DNA from: Macrostomum lignano
Lineage: Eukaryota
DNA length: 64,000 nucleotides
Reading direction: 5' to 3'
Assembly (NCBI GenBank): GCA_002269645.1
Contig: NIVC01000725.1
Span: forward strand, 372,296 to 436,295
Both the position numbers and the translations under genes were made by a program. The notes beneath the pieces are model-generated. The model saw only the letters and a program-made list of their open reading frames with translations, did no database searches and had not been told where the DNA came from. This document shows, piece by piece, positions 48,133-60,171 of this stretch (the first letter of the stretch is position 1; every line of letters begins with the position of its first letter).

Positions 48133-49344
48133 CGCATGCTTGTTGAGTTGAGTTTCTGCGCATTGAAGCAACGGAGAGATACAGTGGGAGATGTGGCATG
48201 TAGAAATGCAGAGCAGTTAATGCTGAATACGCTACTCTAACAGGACCCTTTAGCCGAAGCATCTCACAGTGCTTTGCTGGTTTGCACAAACAACAAGCAG
48301 CATCTCAGATGTGCTTGATTTCAACAGCAATTTAGAAAGCCAAACAACAGGCAGCACTCAAAGATTGTTGCTACCCAATATTTTATCATAAGGATGCATA
48401 AATATGAGGCTAGGAAATCCTTGTATATAATTGTTCGAAAAAACTAACGTGAGAAAAGGTTAATATAGTCTGGAAAGTGAAAATTACAGGAATTTACAGC
48501 TACTGTAAGGGTATCAAGCACAAAAAGCTACATAAATTTGCAACAAAGCTAATGGCTACTTTGTAGCTCTGGTTTGCTAAAATGTTTAACTTTTGTCACC
48601 AAAAAAAGTTGCTTTCTTCACTATTGAGTATTAAAGTTTAGTGCAGCGATCAGGTTTAGCATATAGGAATGTCAAAACAAAGACCTGCAGTGATAAGCAT
48701 GAAGAGAAACTGCAAATTGAGTTCAAGAAGGAGAGGGAGAAAGGAAAACGGTCAGCTGTTAAAAACACTTCAAAATGACAAAAGAAACGGCCATTTCCTG
48801 TAGGCGTTGCTGCGCCATGCACCAACCTAAACCTAAGCTGGTGGGGCCTGAATTGAAAATCTGTGTCTGGACAAAATTAGGCTTGAAAATTATTGGGATC
48901 GTGACCCGATAAATCAATAAATGCAGCAGCTGACCTGCAGGAAATGTGATCCACAGTTTGGAGCTCAGCTGGATATCAGACACTCAAACGTTTTCATCGA
49001 GTACGATTGCAATGTTTTGAGTTCGGGTCTCGCTAGCGCAGGCCTGCTGGCAAATTGTTCGTGCGGTACAAAACTAAATAGAGGGTTAAATTATAAGCCT
49101 TTTAAAGCTTCTGATAGTAAGCCACAGTTGCGGAAGCTCTAAACTTAATCCCTACTCACCCAGAACTGATAAATAAACAAAATATAATTACCTACTAACG
49201 CAAGGCTAAACAGTCCATTTTAATCTTCGGTGTTTGGATTAAGTTCAAGTGTAGTAATTATTTAGTCCCTAAGACGGCGGTCTTTGTTTCTCTTTAAAGT
49301 ACTTTAATTCTTTTAATTCAACTGCATGGGAGCTACGGTGAAAA

Positions 49345-50352
49345 TCAGTTGAAAATCAGGCACTCAAACGTCTTCATCGAATACGATATAACAAGTGCGC
49401 TACCAGATCCAGATGCATGAAGATAGTAATAGATTCCCTGTGAGTTAATATTGGGATACTCTTTGTAGACTCCGTTCGGGTCCATGAATGCACACTGCCC
49501 GTACCACCAACCAGCCTGCCTGTTCTGTGCGCAGCTGCCTCCGCTCGAGTTGTCATTGTCGGAGTCCGGAGTGCTGAACTGCCAGTTGTTCGGTGAGTAG
49601 TTCGCATAAGTCCGCTGTCCGACACTCGACCTGCTCGCGTCCAGAGGTCCCATCGAGCACCTGTACTTGTCGCTCGCTGGGCTAACAGAGAACGGAGCAT
49701 TCTCAGCCCAGTACCAGGTGCCGTTCCAGTCGCTGAACTCCCAGCGGACTCTCCACACTCCGGTGGCGGTGAGCTGGTGGAGCTGCTCCAGTCCCATCCA
49801 GTAGTTGAGACTCTCGCCCTGACCGAATCCGCTCGCGTAGTCCGCCCAGTTCCGGTTGAAGCTGACGGAGCTGTCGACTCTGTGCTGGAAGGTCGTCCAG
49901 CACTTCACCGGGTTTCTCATCTGCAATGGGCGATGCGGTGCTGCATTTCGTGCACGCATATTGATGCGGTGCTGCATTTCGTGCACGCATATTGATGCGG
50001 TGCTGCATTTCGTGCACGCATATTGATGCGGTGCTGCAAAGTGCAGAAGCCACAAAGCAAAGCCCAGCTCGCTCACCCACAGCTGAGACAGGCTGGAGTC
50101 GCTGGCGTGCCGACACTTCCTGCAGGCGTCCATCGCTCCCCGATCGCAGGCCAGCAGCGAGCAGGAGCCCGAGGCCGCGTCGAAGCGGACGGCATCCGCG
50201 TTCTCAGCAAGCATCGTACAGTGTCTGTCGCTGATGGCCAGCTTCACCGCCAGCACCTGGTACTCGGCGAGGTCGCCTCGGTGGCGCTCCCAGCCGGAGT
50301 TTGCGGCCGTTGCAGTCGCCATGACAGCGCAGATGATGAGCAAAGCATGCAT
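49345..50352 (-). CDS. Secreted fibrinogen-related protein (signal, PAN-like Cys module, FReD); probably 283 aa after removing an in-frame intron
   Basis: Signal MHALLIICAVMATATA. FReD motifs WTTFQHRVDSSVSFNRNWADYASGFG..YWMGLEQLHQLT..FSTPDSDND..CAQ..GWWYGQC. Candidate intron 50076-49921 (gtgagc...ttgcag, 156 nt). Confidence 0.9.
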   Translation of the reverse strand: MHALLIICAVMATATAANSGWERHRGDLAEYQVLAVKLAISDRHCTMLAENADAVRFDAASGSCSLLACDRGAMDACRKCRHASDSSLSQLWVSELGFALWLLHFAAPHQYACTKCSTASICVHEMQHRINMRARNAAPHRPLQMRNPVKCWTTFQHRVDSSVSFNRNWADYASGFGQGESLNYWMGLEQLHQLTATGVWRVRWEFSDWNGTWYWAENAPFSVSPASDKYRCSMGPLDASRSSVGQRTYANYSPNNWQFSTPDSDNDNSSGGSCAQNRQAGWWYGQCAFMDPNGVYKEYPNINSQGIYYYLHASGSGSALVISYSMKTFECLIFN

Positions 50353-51559
50353 TGTGTCGCAGTTGTTTGAGACTCCGCAGTTTTGCTCCGTGTGGTGGCA
50401 TCCCGTGAGGCTGCGCTTTGATAACTTGAGTTTGGAGGTGGGTGACTGAGTTTTGTTTATTCACAACTGCTTGCCGACTTGAGCGCACAAGCAAATGAGG
50501 GAAGAGAATTGAGGCGTCAATTCCCGACTTCTCTACTCAGTGTACGGCTGTGCTACTGAATCATATAGCTGGGACTTATGGCAATTGGTGGTCTGGATAA
50601 GCAGGGCTCTGTAGCATATAGAATGTGAGCGTAGATGTGCAGATTAATGGAAAATACTCGTACATCACTTTGTCTTAGGTCTCTGTTCATAGAATACCTG
50701 AGCTGATGTTTTAATGAAGTGTAGAGATCTCCAAACACAGTAGCCTACTAAAAGTAGTAACATAAAGTTATGAATACAAAATTAAAAATAGCTACACGTC
50801 ATATTCTATTTTTAGTAATACAAATAATATCACGCAAACAGCGAGTGACTATGCTATTGTCCGAAAAACCTTTTCTCGACATCTATTTTTAGAACTTCCA
50901 AATATGGTAAATATGTTAACCTGTATGTGACTTAAGTCTCACCCTTTTCTATTCAAAAACACCACCTGTCAAAAATTAAAATTCTTTCGTGAACTCATCA
51001 AAAACCGGTTTTGAGCTCAAGGCCGACTCAAGGCCGACAAATTGTGTATAAATACAAACGCAAAATCCGAGATGAAATCTCAGACTCGGAGCAGCCTCCA
51101 AAGATCTTGGGCTTTGCAAGAGCAGCCAAACGAGGCCATATCTCTGAGGAAGAGATAAACACCAATTGGTAAGCTTTGTTCAAGTCTTCGTTATTTTTAT
51201 TATTGAGAGCGATTGTTATTGCCGGCCGTTACTGTTCAGTGATTTTATTGAGTCTATTGAGTTTGAGGCCTCCCTTTTCCTAAGGGATTGGATAGGATCT
51301 GCGGACCGATTCCGATACCCTTAGAGGATTATCGAGTTATTGATTTTGGATTATCCTAGATTAACCGATAGGAGCACACGACTCCGATTCCGTTAGTTCT
51401 AGAAGAAGACGCCCTTTCTGGAGGACCTCGTATTGTTATAGAATTGATTTTGTTATTACAGCGCATCGTTGATATTGATTTCGGCACTCGAGGAATATAT
51501 TGAATTCTGCACTCAAGGAAATACTGCGTGTTAGTATCGCTTTTGACGCTCTAGATAAG

Positions 51560-52172
51560 ACTTTAGACATTCAAAAAAAGACTGCATAGGATCGCAAGCA
51601 AGGCCAGGCTAGCCACGGCCAGAGCATGCCCAGTCTAAAGAGGCCGAGGAAGATACAAGTCATAGCGATTCTGGTTCAGAAGCAACATTTCAGAGTAAAT
51701 TGAGTCCGGACTCGTTGCCAAAAGATCAAGCGCGCCCAGAAGACGCTAATAAACGCTATCCTACTCGTAATCGAAGGCCGCCTGATAGACTGCAGTACAA
51801 AAAACTCGGGACACCAACCAAACAGAGCTTAACGTGAATCCAAGCGTAGTTTGCAATGGAAAGCTACTCTTGTGAACTGATTGTACCTGTTGTTTTTATT
51901 TTATTATTTGAAAGCGTGTCTCCACCTCATTATGAAACCATGAGGTGCATTCTTTTAGAGTATTTTTTATCTCGCATGGGAGGAGTGTTAGTATCGGCTT
52001 GTGTGTGCGTCGGTATGCTGTCTTTGGCCAAACCCATGGAGTTGTAATGAGCAAAGGCAGCGCTAAAGAATAAATATCAATAAAAAAGAACGAAAGAAGG
52101 CAAAGTAAGCCGCGAGAGCATGCAGCTTGATAGTCAAGTGAAAGTGATTCAATAATCGACTCCGAGCTAACA
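51560..52172 (+). mobile_element. 3' remnant of a Gypsy-type LTR retrotransposon (integrase tail, PPT, candidate LTR)
   Basis: Reading frame ..EDANKRYPTRNRRPPDRLQYKKLG (RxxRxRRPPDRL integrase-tail motif). Polypurine gggaggag at 51978-51985 is followed by TGTTAG at 51986, with an inverted CTAACA ending at 52172. Confidence 0.55.
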
Positions 52173-52379
52173 CTGCGACGTCGATTTAATTGTTACGCTC
52201 TCACTTTCGGCCGATTTTAGACTTCAAGAAGACTACCCCGGGAGGAACAGATCTGCGAAGACCAGCTCTACAGACGCGCGCGACAAAGAAGAGGAGCCCG
52301 CAACAGTAAGTGATCACTAAAATTTGTTCCTAGGCTTAGGGTCTGGAAGTGGGAGTTCGAGCGTTTAGACACTAGACAT

Positions 52380-52497
<118 letters not shown>

Positions 52498-52599
52498 AGT
52501 GTGCTAAAGCGAACTCTTCAGAAGTTAGCGATTGGGAATAAGGGCAAGGCTCTATATCGACCCCTTTTGCTATTCATGTTCCTTTGCTGGTTTCCTGTT

Positions 52600-53700
52600 T
52601 TGCTGGTTAATAAATTATTAATACATTTAAAGTCGAGGTGCTCACTGTGCCGGCTGACATCCCAGTGGACCGACATGCCGCGACACAGACGGGCAAAAGA
52701 CAACGCTGACACGCTACCTGCGGTTCATCTTCCTCGGCGGTCTGGTGCCCCACGTATAAAGGAGGGCATCTGGCGGCAGAGAGGATCCCCTGAGCGGCCG
52801 ACTGATCCATCCAGACCGAGAGCTCCTGCCCTTAGGTTCTACAGGGCGTCCTGCTGTTGACCTTGCAGGGCCCATTTAGGCGGAGCCAAGCCCGAACTCA
52901 TTGATACGTGCACTGTCTGTTGTGCGACGTCAGGGCGCTCGACATCGCTGGCGGAGCGGACTTTGCAATCTGAATCACCCTGGACACTTGACCTTACTTG
53001 GCTGCGCCTTTTGTTGTCATTGTTTTCGTTGTTGTTGTTGTGTGTGTGTGTGTCGGCATACACCTCTCAGACGGTCCACTGCGGGTGGGCCGCCCTGAGG
53101 ACCTTAACCACCAAATCCTCCTTCCTGAGATCGGCCACCGGTTTCATCCCAAGATGTTTATGAAATCCATCCCAGCGCGCACAGCTCCACCAAATGGTCG
53201 CCGCAATCTTCACATTTCTCCTCTGGTTCCAGCCCAACCTTCTCCGGCCAGTATCTGGTGTACTTAAATACTGGCCGGATACTGGCCAGTAAGCTGCTCT
53301 CTGAGCGCCTCCTACCGCCAGCTGCTGCGCAACGCTCTCGAATGCCGCTACGCAGAGCTGATGAGCATCCAGCAGCTGGCGGCCCGCTTGCAAGAGCCGC
53401 CTCTGAGCGGGAGTACGACGTTTGCTTGCAGGAATTTTGCTCCGAGCACCATCCTCCACTGTCGCCGAATGGCCCTGGTGGACCACTGCTTCCATAGCCA
53501 TGGTCGAGGGTAAGCTTTCCTCTGACCAACCCTGATGCTGCACGACCCGACGGAGCCCCTGCGCGTGGCCAAGCCTGCACCACCACCCTGCGGGCCACAC
53601 TGACGGACGACCTGCTGAGCATCGGCCTGACCCCTTTGTCCACCACTGACCGTTTCCCCCAGCCTGTTCAAACGGTGTGTGCTCGTTAACACTGACTAGC
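52600..53700 (-). mobile_element. Decayed RNase H / CCHC-bearing non-LTR retrotransposon fragments (I-group-like)
   Basis: RRRSESSLLASIRPVFKYTRYWPEKVGLEPEEKCEDCGDHLVELCAL resembles the LINE C-terminal zinc-knuckle region and is followed by a (CA)n(CAA)n tail at about 53050-53020. ELSVWMDQSAAQG at about 52820 resembles an RNase H start (VWTDGSA). Confidence 0.55.
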
Positions 53701-54086
53701 GTCATTAATAATAATAATAAATGGTGTCATTATGAATTGTATAGCATAAACTATAACATAACTCCTAGGCGTCAGCACCACGGGCTTTAGCACCAGGGGC
53801 GCCAAAATTGGGGATGTAACTTTTCAGATTTTTAATAGCGAATAGTGTAACTTTTGTTGTTTTGTTTGTTGTTCTGTCGAAAGAGTACGAACTTTCACTG
53901 CAGTTGTCAGAAGAAAAGTCTGTAGAAAGTCTGGTGTAATTTACTGAATCTCCCACGATCCACATCCACTCCACATCCGCTATAGCTAGCGGGCAGGCTT
54001 GTCAAGAAATGTTGACACACACTCAGCAACTGTCAAAACCGCCGCCCTACCGACAGAGGCGACTTCTCTCTCACCTCAACCGCAAG

Positions 54087-54165
54087 ACCTGGACTGAATA
54101 GCCGTGCGCAGCCTTCAGATGCGCCGCGCAATAGCTGCGGCTGAGCTGTCGCGGTTGCAACAACA
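54087..54165 (+). mobile_element. SINE family B fragment
   Basis: ggactgaatagccgtgcgcagccttcagatgcgccgcgcaatagctgcggctgagctgtc matches 44340-44400. Confidence 0.85.
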
Positions 54166-54189
54166 TCAATAAAATAGCTATAGGTTGTC

Positions 54190-54740
54190 AGCCAGTCAAG
54201 TGAGTCATGAGAGGCAAAGTCAACGTCACAGGGCGCATTTCAGGGCCTGGGCGCGAACCTAGGCCGCACTGCCGCCAGTGTCCGGGACGCCAGCATCAAC
54301 CAGTAGGCAGTCGCCAAAACGTCGAGTGCGTGCCTGTCCCCGCCGGTAGGGAAACAGCACCTCCTGCACCAGCTGCGGGCAGTAGGACTCGGCACAGATG
54401 ATGTGGCTTGCCAGCTGGAGTCGCCGACGGCGCAACACTTCGCTGGGACGGGACAGGCCGGTGCGGAAATAGAGTCCACATTGGTGACATGCTCCTAGCC
54501 GATCTTGAAGGCGGCGCGCAGCAGGCCAGCGTGCGCTGCAGCATCGACCTGCTGTTCGAGCGATTCCGTCAGCGTCCAGGTCTCGGCTTTATACAACAGG
54601 ACGGCCTCAATCACCGCCTGGAACAGCGCCGCCCTATGGCGGTCAGGCAGGGCCCCTGAGTGCAGGACAGCCCTCACGGAACGAAAGGCAGCCGAGGCAA
54701 GTCCGCGGCGACATCACAGGTCCTCAGCGAAGAGCTAGGA
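54190..54740 (-). mobile_element. 5'-truncated RTE-clade LINE (post-RT C-terminal region)
   Basis: AAFRSVRAVLHSGALPDRHRAALFQAVIEAVLLYKAETWTLTESLEQQVDAAAHAGLLRAAFKIG matches the RTE pattern LLYGAETWTLT..RLD..RLLR. Frameshifted downstream. Confidence 0.82.
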
Positions 54741-55289
54741 TCTGCGCCATTGTGCCGCGATGGTGCCGGAACCCGTTTTGCTCAGGCCGCAACGAATTGA
54801 CGAGATGAGCTCAATTCAAAACTTTGTACATGCATGTTTGTGTCTATCAGGGACTCGCACTCCGCAGTCCACACTCCTGGCACCAGTCTTTGTCTGGCCG
54901 TAAGGTCATCAAACACAATTAATGTGTGAGCCTTGCTCATACAAACGTTTTGTCTTTTTCATTTGGAGTCAGGCTCCACAATGTAAATACGAGTATGTTG
55001 AATACACGTATATATTGAACAGAATGGACAGAATTTGACCATTCAAGTTCAAGCTTTGTTACATCTCTCGTACTTGTATTTGGGAGAGTCTTCAGCACGT
55101 GAACAAGCTGATTATATTGAACGGAGGGATCTGAGATCAAAGCTTGTGTTTAAAATGCATACGCGTACGTGTCTTGCTATACATGTATTATCATACAGGC
55201 CTGAACTGTTTTGGAGCCAAAAACCGAGCCTAAGCTAAGTGTATAGCCACAGCGTATTGAGCTGCAGGAATACGGTAGCTCTGTGTAAT

Positions 55290-55553
55290 AATGATGATAA
55301 TAATTGATTGATACACCTGCCCTAATGAGCTATTGCGCAGCGTATCTGAAAACTGCGTAAGGCTGTTCAGTCCAAGGACTGAAGGGTTGGCCACACACCC
55401 TTAATTACCCCACCCACTTTACTGCTGGGTTAACTGAAGCAATGCAGAGTTAAGCGTCTTGTTCAAGGACACAAATTGTTCCGAGTGGGTGGTGAATCGA
55501 ACCCCCAACTTTTCAGTCGCTATTCCGACGCTCTAGCCTCTAGACTACAACCC
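55290..55553 (-). mobile_element. SINE family B, diverged copy
   Basis: Reverse-complement match to 44138-44450 with internal deletions. Confidence 0.85.
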
Positions 55554-55601
55554 GGTCCTCTTTGTGTCACAAATTCGATTTACTGTCGTGTAGAAAAGGG
55601 G

Positions 55602-58258
55602 ATGTGAACTTAAGAGTCAGAATGGAGCCTGAAGCATTGGGTCCCGATTTCTCTACGCCAATCCTTTCATTTGGAGCCAAATAGCTCCCGTTATGCCGAA
55701 AACCCGACCACTTTAGCGTTTGGGGATCTCTGTGGGGAGAAAGGGGATAAATGGGGATTTCATGTGAACTTAAGGCTCTAGAATGGAGCCTGAAGCATTG
55801 GGTCCCGATTTCTCTACGCCAATCCCTTCATTTGGAGCCAAATAGCTCCCGTTATGCCGAAAACCCGACCACTTTAGCGTTTGGGGATCTCTGTGGGGAG
55901 AAAGGGGATAAATGGGGATTTCATGTGAACTTAAGGCTCTAGAATGGAGCCTGAAGCATTGGGTCCCGATTTCTCTACGCCAATCCCTTCATTTGGAGCC
56001 AAATAGCTCCCGTTATGCCGAAAACCCGACCACTTTAGCGTTTGGGGATCTCTGTGGGGAGAAAGGGGATAAATGGGGATTTCATGTGAACTTAAGGCTC
56101 TAGAATGGAGCCTGAAGCATTGGGTCCCGATTTCTCTACGCCAATCCTTTCATTTGGAGCCAAATGGCTCCCGTTATGCCGAAAACCCGACCACTTTAGC
56201 GTTTGGGGATCTCTGTGGGGAGAAAGGGGATAAATGGGGATTTCATGTGAACTTAAGGCTCTAGAATGGAGCCTGAAGCATTGGGTCCCGATTTCTCTAC
56301 GCCAATCCTTTCATTTGGAGCCAAATAGCTCCCGTTATGCCGAAAACCCGACCACTTTAGCGTTTGGGGATCTCTGTGCGGAGAAAGGGGATAAATGGGG
56401 ATTTCATGTGAACTTAAGGCTCTAGAATGGAGCCTGAAGCATTGGGTCCCGATTTCTCTACGCCAATCCTTTCATTTGGAGCCAAATAGCTCCCGTTATG
56501 CCGAAAACCCGACCACTTTAGCGTTTGGGGATCTCTGTGGGGAGAAAGGGGATAAATGGGGATTTCATGTGAACTTAAGGCTCTAGAATGGAGCCTGAAG
56601 CATTGGGTCCCGATTTCTCTACGCCAATCCTTTCATTTGGAGCCAAATAGCTCCCGTTATGCCGAAAACCCGACCACTTTAGCGTTTGGGGATCTCTGTG
56701 GGGAGAAAGGGGATAAATGGGGATTTCATGTGAACTTAAGGCTCTAGAATGGAGCCTGAAGCATTGGGTCCCGATTTCTCTACGCCAATCCTTTCATTTG
56801 GAGCCAAATAGCTCCCGTTATGCCGAAAACCCGACCACTTTAGCGTTTGGGGATCTCTGTGGGGAGAAAGGGGATAAATGGGGATTTCATGTGAACTTAA
56901 GGCTCTAGAATGGAGCCTGAAGCATTGGGTCCCGATTTCTCTACGCCAATCCCTTCATTTGGAGCCAAATAGCTCCCGTTATGCCGAAAACCCGACCACT
57001 TTAGCGTTTGGGGATCTCTGTGGGGAGAAAGGGGATAAATGGGGATTTCATGTGAACCTAAGGCTCTAGAATGGAGCCTGAAGCATTGGGTCCCGATTTC
57101 TCTACGCCAATCCTTTCATTTGGAGCCAAATAGCTCCCGTTATGCCGAAAACCCGACCACTTTAGCGTTTGGGGATCTCTGTGGGGAGAAAGTGGATAAA
57201 TGGGGATTTCATGTGAACTTAAGGCTCTAGAATGGAGCCTGAAGCATTGGGTCCCGATTTCTCTACGCCAATCCTTTCATTTGGAGCCAAATAGCTCCCG
57301 TTATGCCGAAAACCCGACCACTTTAGCGTTTGGGGATCTCTGTGGGGAGAAAGGGGATAAATGGGGATTTCATGTGAACTTAAGGCTCTAGAATGGAGCC
57401 TGAAGCATTGGGTCCCGATTTCTCTACGCCAATCCTTTCATTTGGAGCCAAATAGCTCCCGTTATGCCGAAAACCCGACCACTTTAGCGTTTGGGGATCT
57501 CTGTGGGGAGAAAGGGGATAAATGGGGATTTCATGTGAACTTAAGGCTCTAGAATGGAGCCTGAAGCATTGGGTCCCGATTTCTCTACGCCAATCCTTTC
57601 ATTTGGAGCCAAATAGCTCCCGTTATGCCGAAAACCCGACCACTTTAGCGTTTGGGGATCTCTGTGGGGAGAAAGGGGATAAATGGGGATTTCATGTGAA
57701 CCTAAGGCTCTAGAATGGAGCCTGAAGCATTGGGTCCCGATTTCTCTACGCCAATCCCTTCATTTGGAGCCAAATAGCTCCCGTTATGCCGAAAACCCGA
57801 CCACTTTAGCGTTTGGGGATCTCTGTGGGGAGAAAGGGGATAAATGGGGATTTCATGTGAACCTAAGGCTCTAGAATGGAGCCTGAAGCATTGGGTCCCG
57901 ATTTCTCTACGCCAATCCCTTCATTTGGAGCCAAATGGCTCCCGTTATGCCGAAAACCCGACCACTTTAGCGTTTGGGGATCTCTGTGGGGAGAAAGGGG
58001 ATAAATGGGGATTTCATGTGAACTTAAGGCTCTAGAATGGAGCCTGAAGCATTGGGTCCCGATTTCTCTACGCCAATCCTTTCATTTGGAGCCAAATAGC
58101 TCCCGTTATGCCGAAAACCCGACCACTTTAGCGTTTGGGGATTTCTGTGGGGAGAAAGGGGATAAATAGGGATTTCATGTGAACCCAAGGCTCTAGAATG
58201 GAGCCTGAAGCATTGGGTCCCGATTTCTCTACGCCAATCCCTTCATTTGGAACCAAAG
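55602..58258 (+). repeat. 161-bp tandem array, 16 complete units plus one partial (left arm)
   Basis: Exact 161-bp period (ORF track 55751, 55912...57844) with only a few SNPs between units. Confidence 0.97.
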
Positions 58259-58259
58259 C

Positions 58260-60170
58260 ATCGCCGTCTTTGAATGGCGGGTTGACGGAGATGCGGCCAT
58301 CTTAGTCACGGGTAATGGACGCGAGAAGGCGTCAAGTCAGCTCGTTGTCTTTGGGGCCATGCTTCCTGCGTCCTTCGCGATGCTGAGAACTTCGAGGAGC
58401 CATTATCGTTGTTCATGTTGAGGCAGGTGTTAGCGAAAAGGACCTGAAAGGCCTGCGAGGACCCGAGGAAGCTGTTTATGCTGCGTCCGTGACACGGCAT
58501 CCGTGTCAGTGATAGCATTGTTAAGGATGGCTTCGAAGGGCGTCAAGTAGGCTGTTAGAGTCGGAGCGAGGGCAGGAACGGCAGGGCCGATGAGTAACTG
58601 GTTCAGTCACCACCGAGGATGAGGTCAAGAGTACCGTCTGTATCATGATCAGGCGGAAGGTTGCAGACGCCGTTGTTGACACTGCTGAGGGTGTTAAGGA
58701 CATCTTCAGGGAGCTTAACGGCCGGTATATGGATCGGGGCTGCTAGCTGCTAGTCGGAGGCGAGGGATGTGATTTGTCCAGCGACGGCTGTCTGGGGCCT
58801 GGAGGTCGAAACTGACGAGGTCCGCAGTAATCTAACGCGGAAGTACGAGTACGAGTGTAAGGTGGAGGCGGCTATCGTGAGTCTCTTAGCGGCTTTGAGA
58901 CCAAGGTTGTGGGCAACAGTGCCGTCGAGATGCGAGTATGAGCAGCCAGAGTCGAGAATCGAGAAAAATTGTGCAGTCGACGGAGCGGCCATCTTTTGGG
59001 TTGACGGCCTTCACCCGGAAAGTAGCCATGATGGTCGGCATGAGACCTCCGTCGGCTGCGGCAGAGACTTGGGAGTTGGCTGTTTCTTTGGAGTCGGCGT
59101 CAGCCCGAATTAACGTGGGCATTTTGGCCTGTCTTAGGCGAGCGATGGCTAGAGCAGCGAGGTGCGATGTGGTCGTCGCACACACGACAGTGTCGGGTGT
59201 CGCGGCAGGAACGGCAGGGCGTGTTGTGTTGTGGTGTTGGCGAAAGCAATTGTCGCAATTGTCGCAAAGGTTTTTGTTCAGAACTATTTTAAGCCGGTCA
59301 TCGGGCTTGCGGATATTGCAGCAAGACATGGTGGCATGGTCGGAAGTGTCGCAATAGAGGCATGGGAGGCTGGGCTTCTGCTGCTGCTGGTTGGCGGTGG
59401 AAGCGAAGCATTCGGAGGGACGAGGAGAGGGGTTAGCGCCCTACGTCGCTTAACTCGTCTACGTCGAAAGCGAAGCTGCATTATAGCGCGAGGCGTTGGA
59501 AGCAAGCATTCTTGGGCGTCGGCGCAGTTAGCCTGGAGGACGCGGCAGGACTCAGCGTAAGCGATGGGTTGGCAGGCATCGAGGGCGCCCAGCTTTCTGA
59601 GGGCGGGGCCGAATAGGAGACCGCGGAGTGGTTCGAACTTGTCGACGTTGAGATTGGATTGGTCGACGCGGTAGAGGAAGGCGTCCCAGAACCCAGGGAA
59701 TGCGGCAGGGTCGATGCCGTCGAATGTCGGGAGACGAACTTTCTGGAGGACATTGGAGCGGATGAGAGCGGCCGGATCGCAATCACTAGTAGCGAACGAC
59801 GACGCTGATGTCGTGGCAGGATAAATATAGCGGCGAGCTGTTCTATGAGCAACTGATTCTGCTGCATCATCGCAGTCATGGAGGTGAGGAGGGCCTTAAC
59901 GTCGATGACAGGTGCAGCAGGTGATGAGGCAGTGTTCGAGGATGACACGGGAGGATCCATAGTCGGGGGCACCTGACGTTGCAGGCGGTGGGCCGCTGGG
60001 TTTGATTTGCGGCTGCCACGCGGCAGGCCGCTTCAGCAGAGGCTGTGGTGTGGTCGTCCTGGGATTGATGGATCTGGTCGCCAGATGGGTCAGTCGTTCA
60101 TCGCGTGATGACCATGCTAATGCTCAGGTAATCTGTTCACCTCGTCATTTAAGGATTTGAAGCTCCTAAA
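58260..60170 (-). pseudogene. BEL/Pao LTR-retrotransposon gag-protease fragment with frameshifts and deletions
   Basis: CCNIRKPDDRLKIVLNKNLCDNC..CF resembles the BEL/Pao gag Cys motif (C..F..ER..VK..LCFNCL). VDCTIFLDSGCSYSHLDGTVAHNLGL is a DSG protease motif. No RT, integrase or LTRs are visible. Confidence 0.75.
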
Positions 60171-60171
60171 G

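Noticed and set aside
55751-58035. Fourteen tandem 63-aa ORFs (MGISCELKALEW...) as a peptide gene array
   Set aside because: The ORFs (192 nt) overlap because they exceed the 161-bp period, one unit carries a stop, and the same unit is inverted at 60172-60834. This is repeat DNA.
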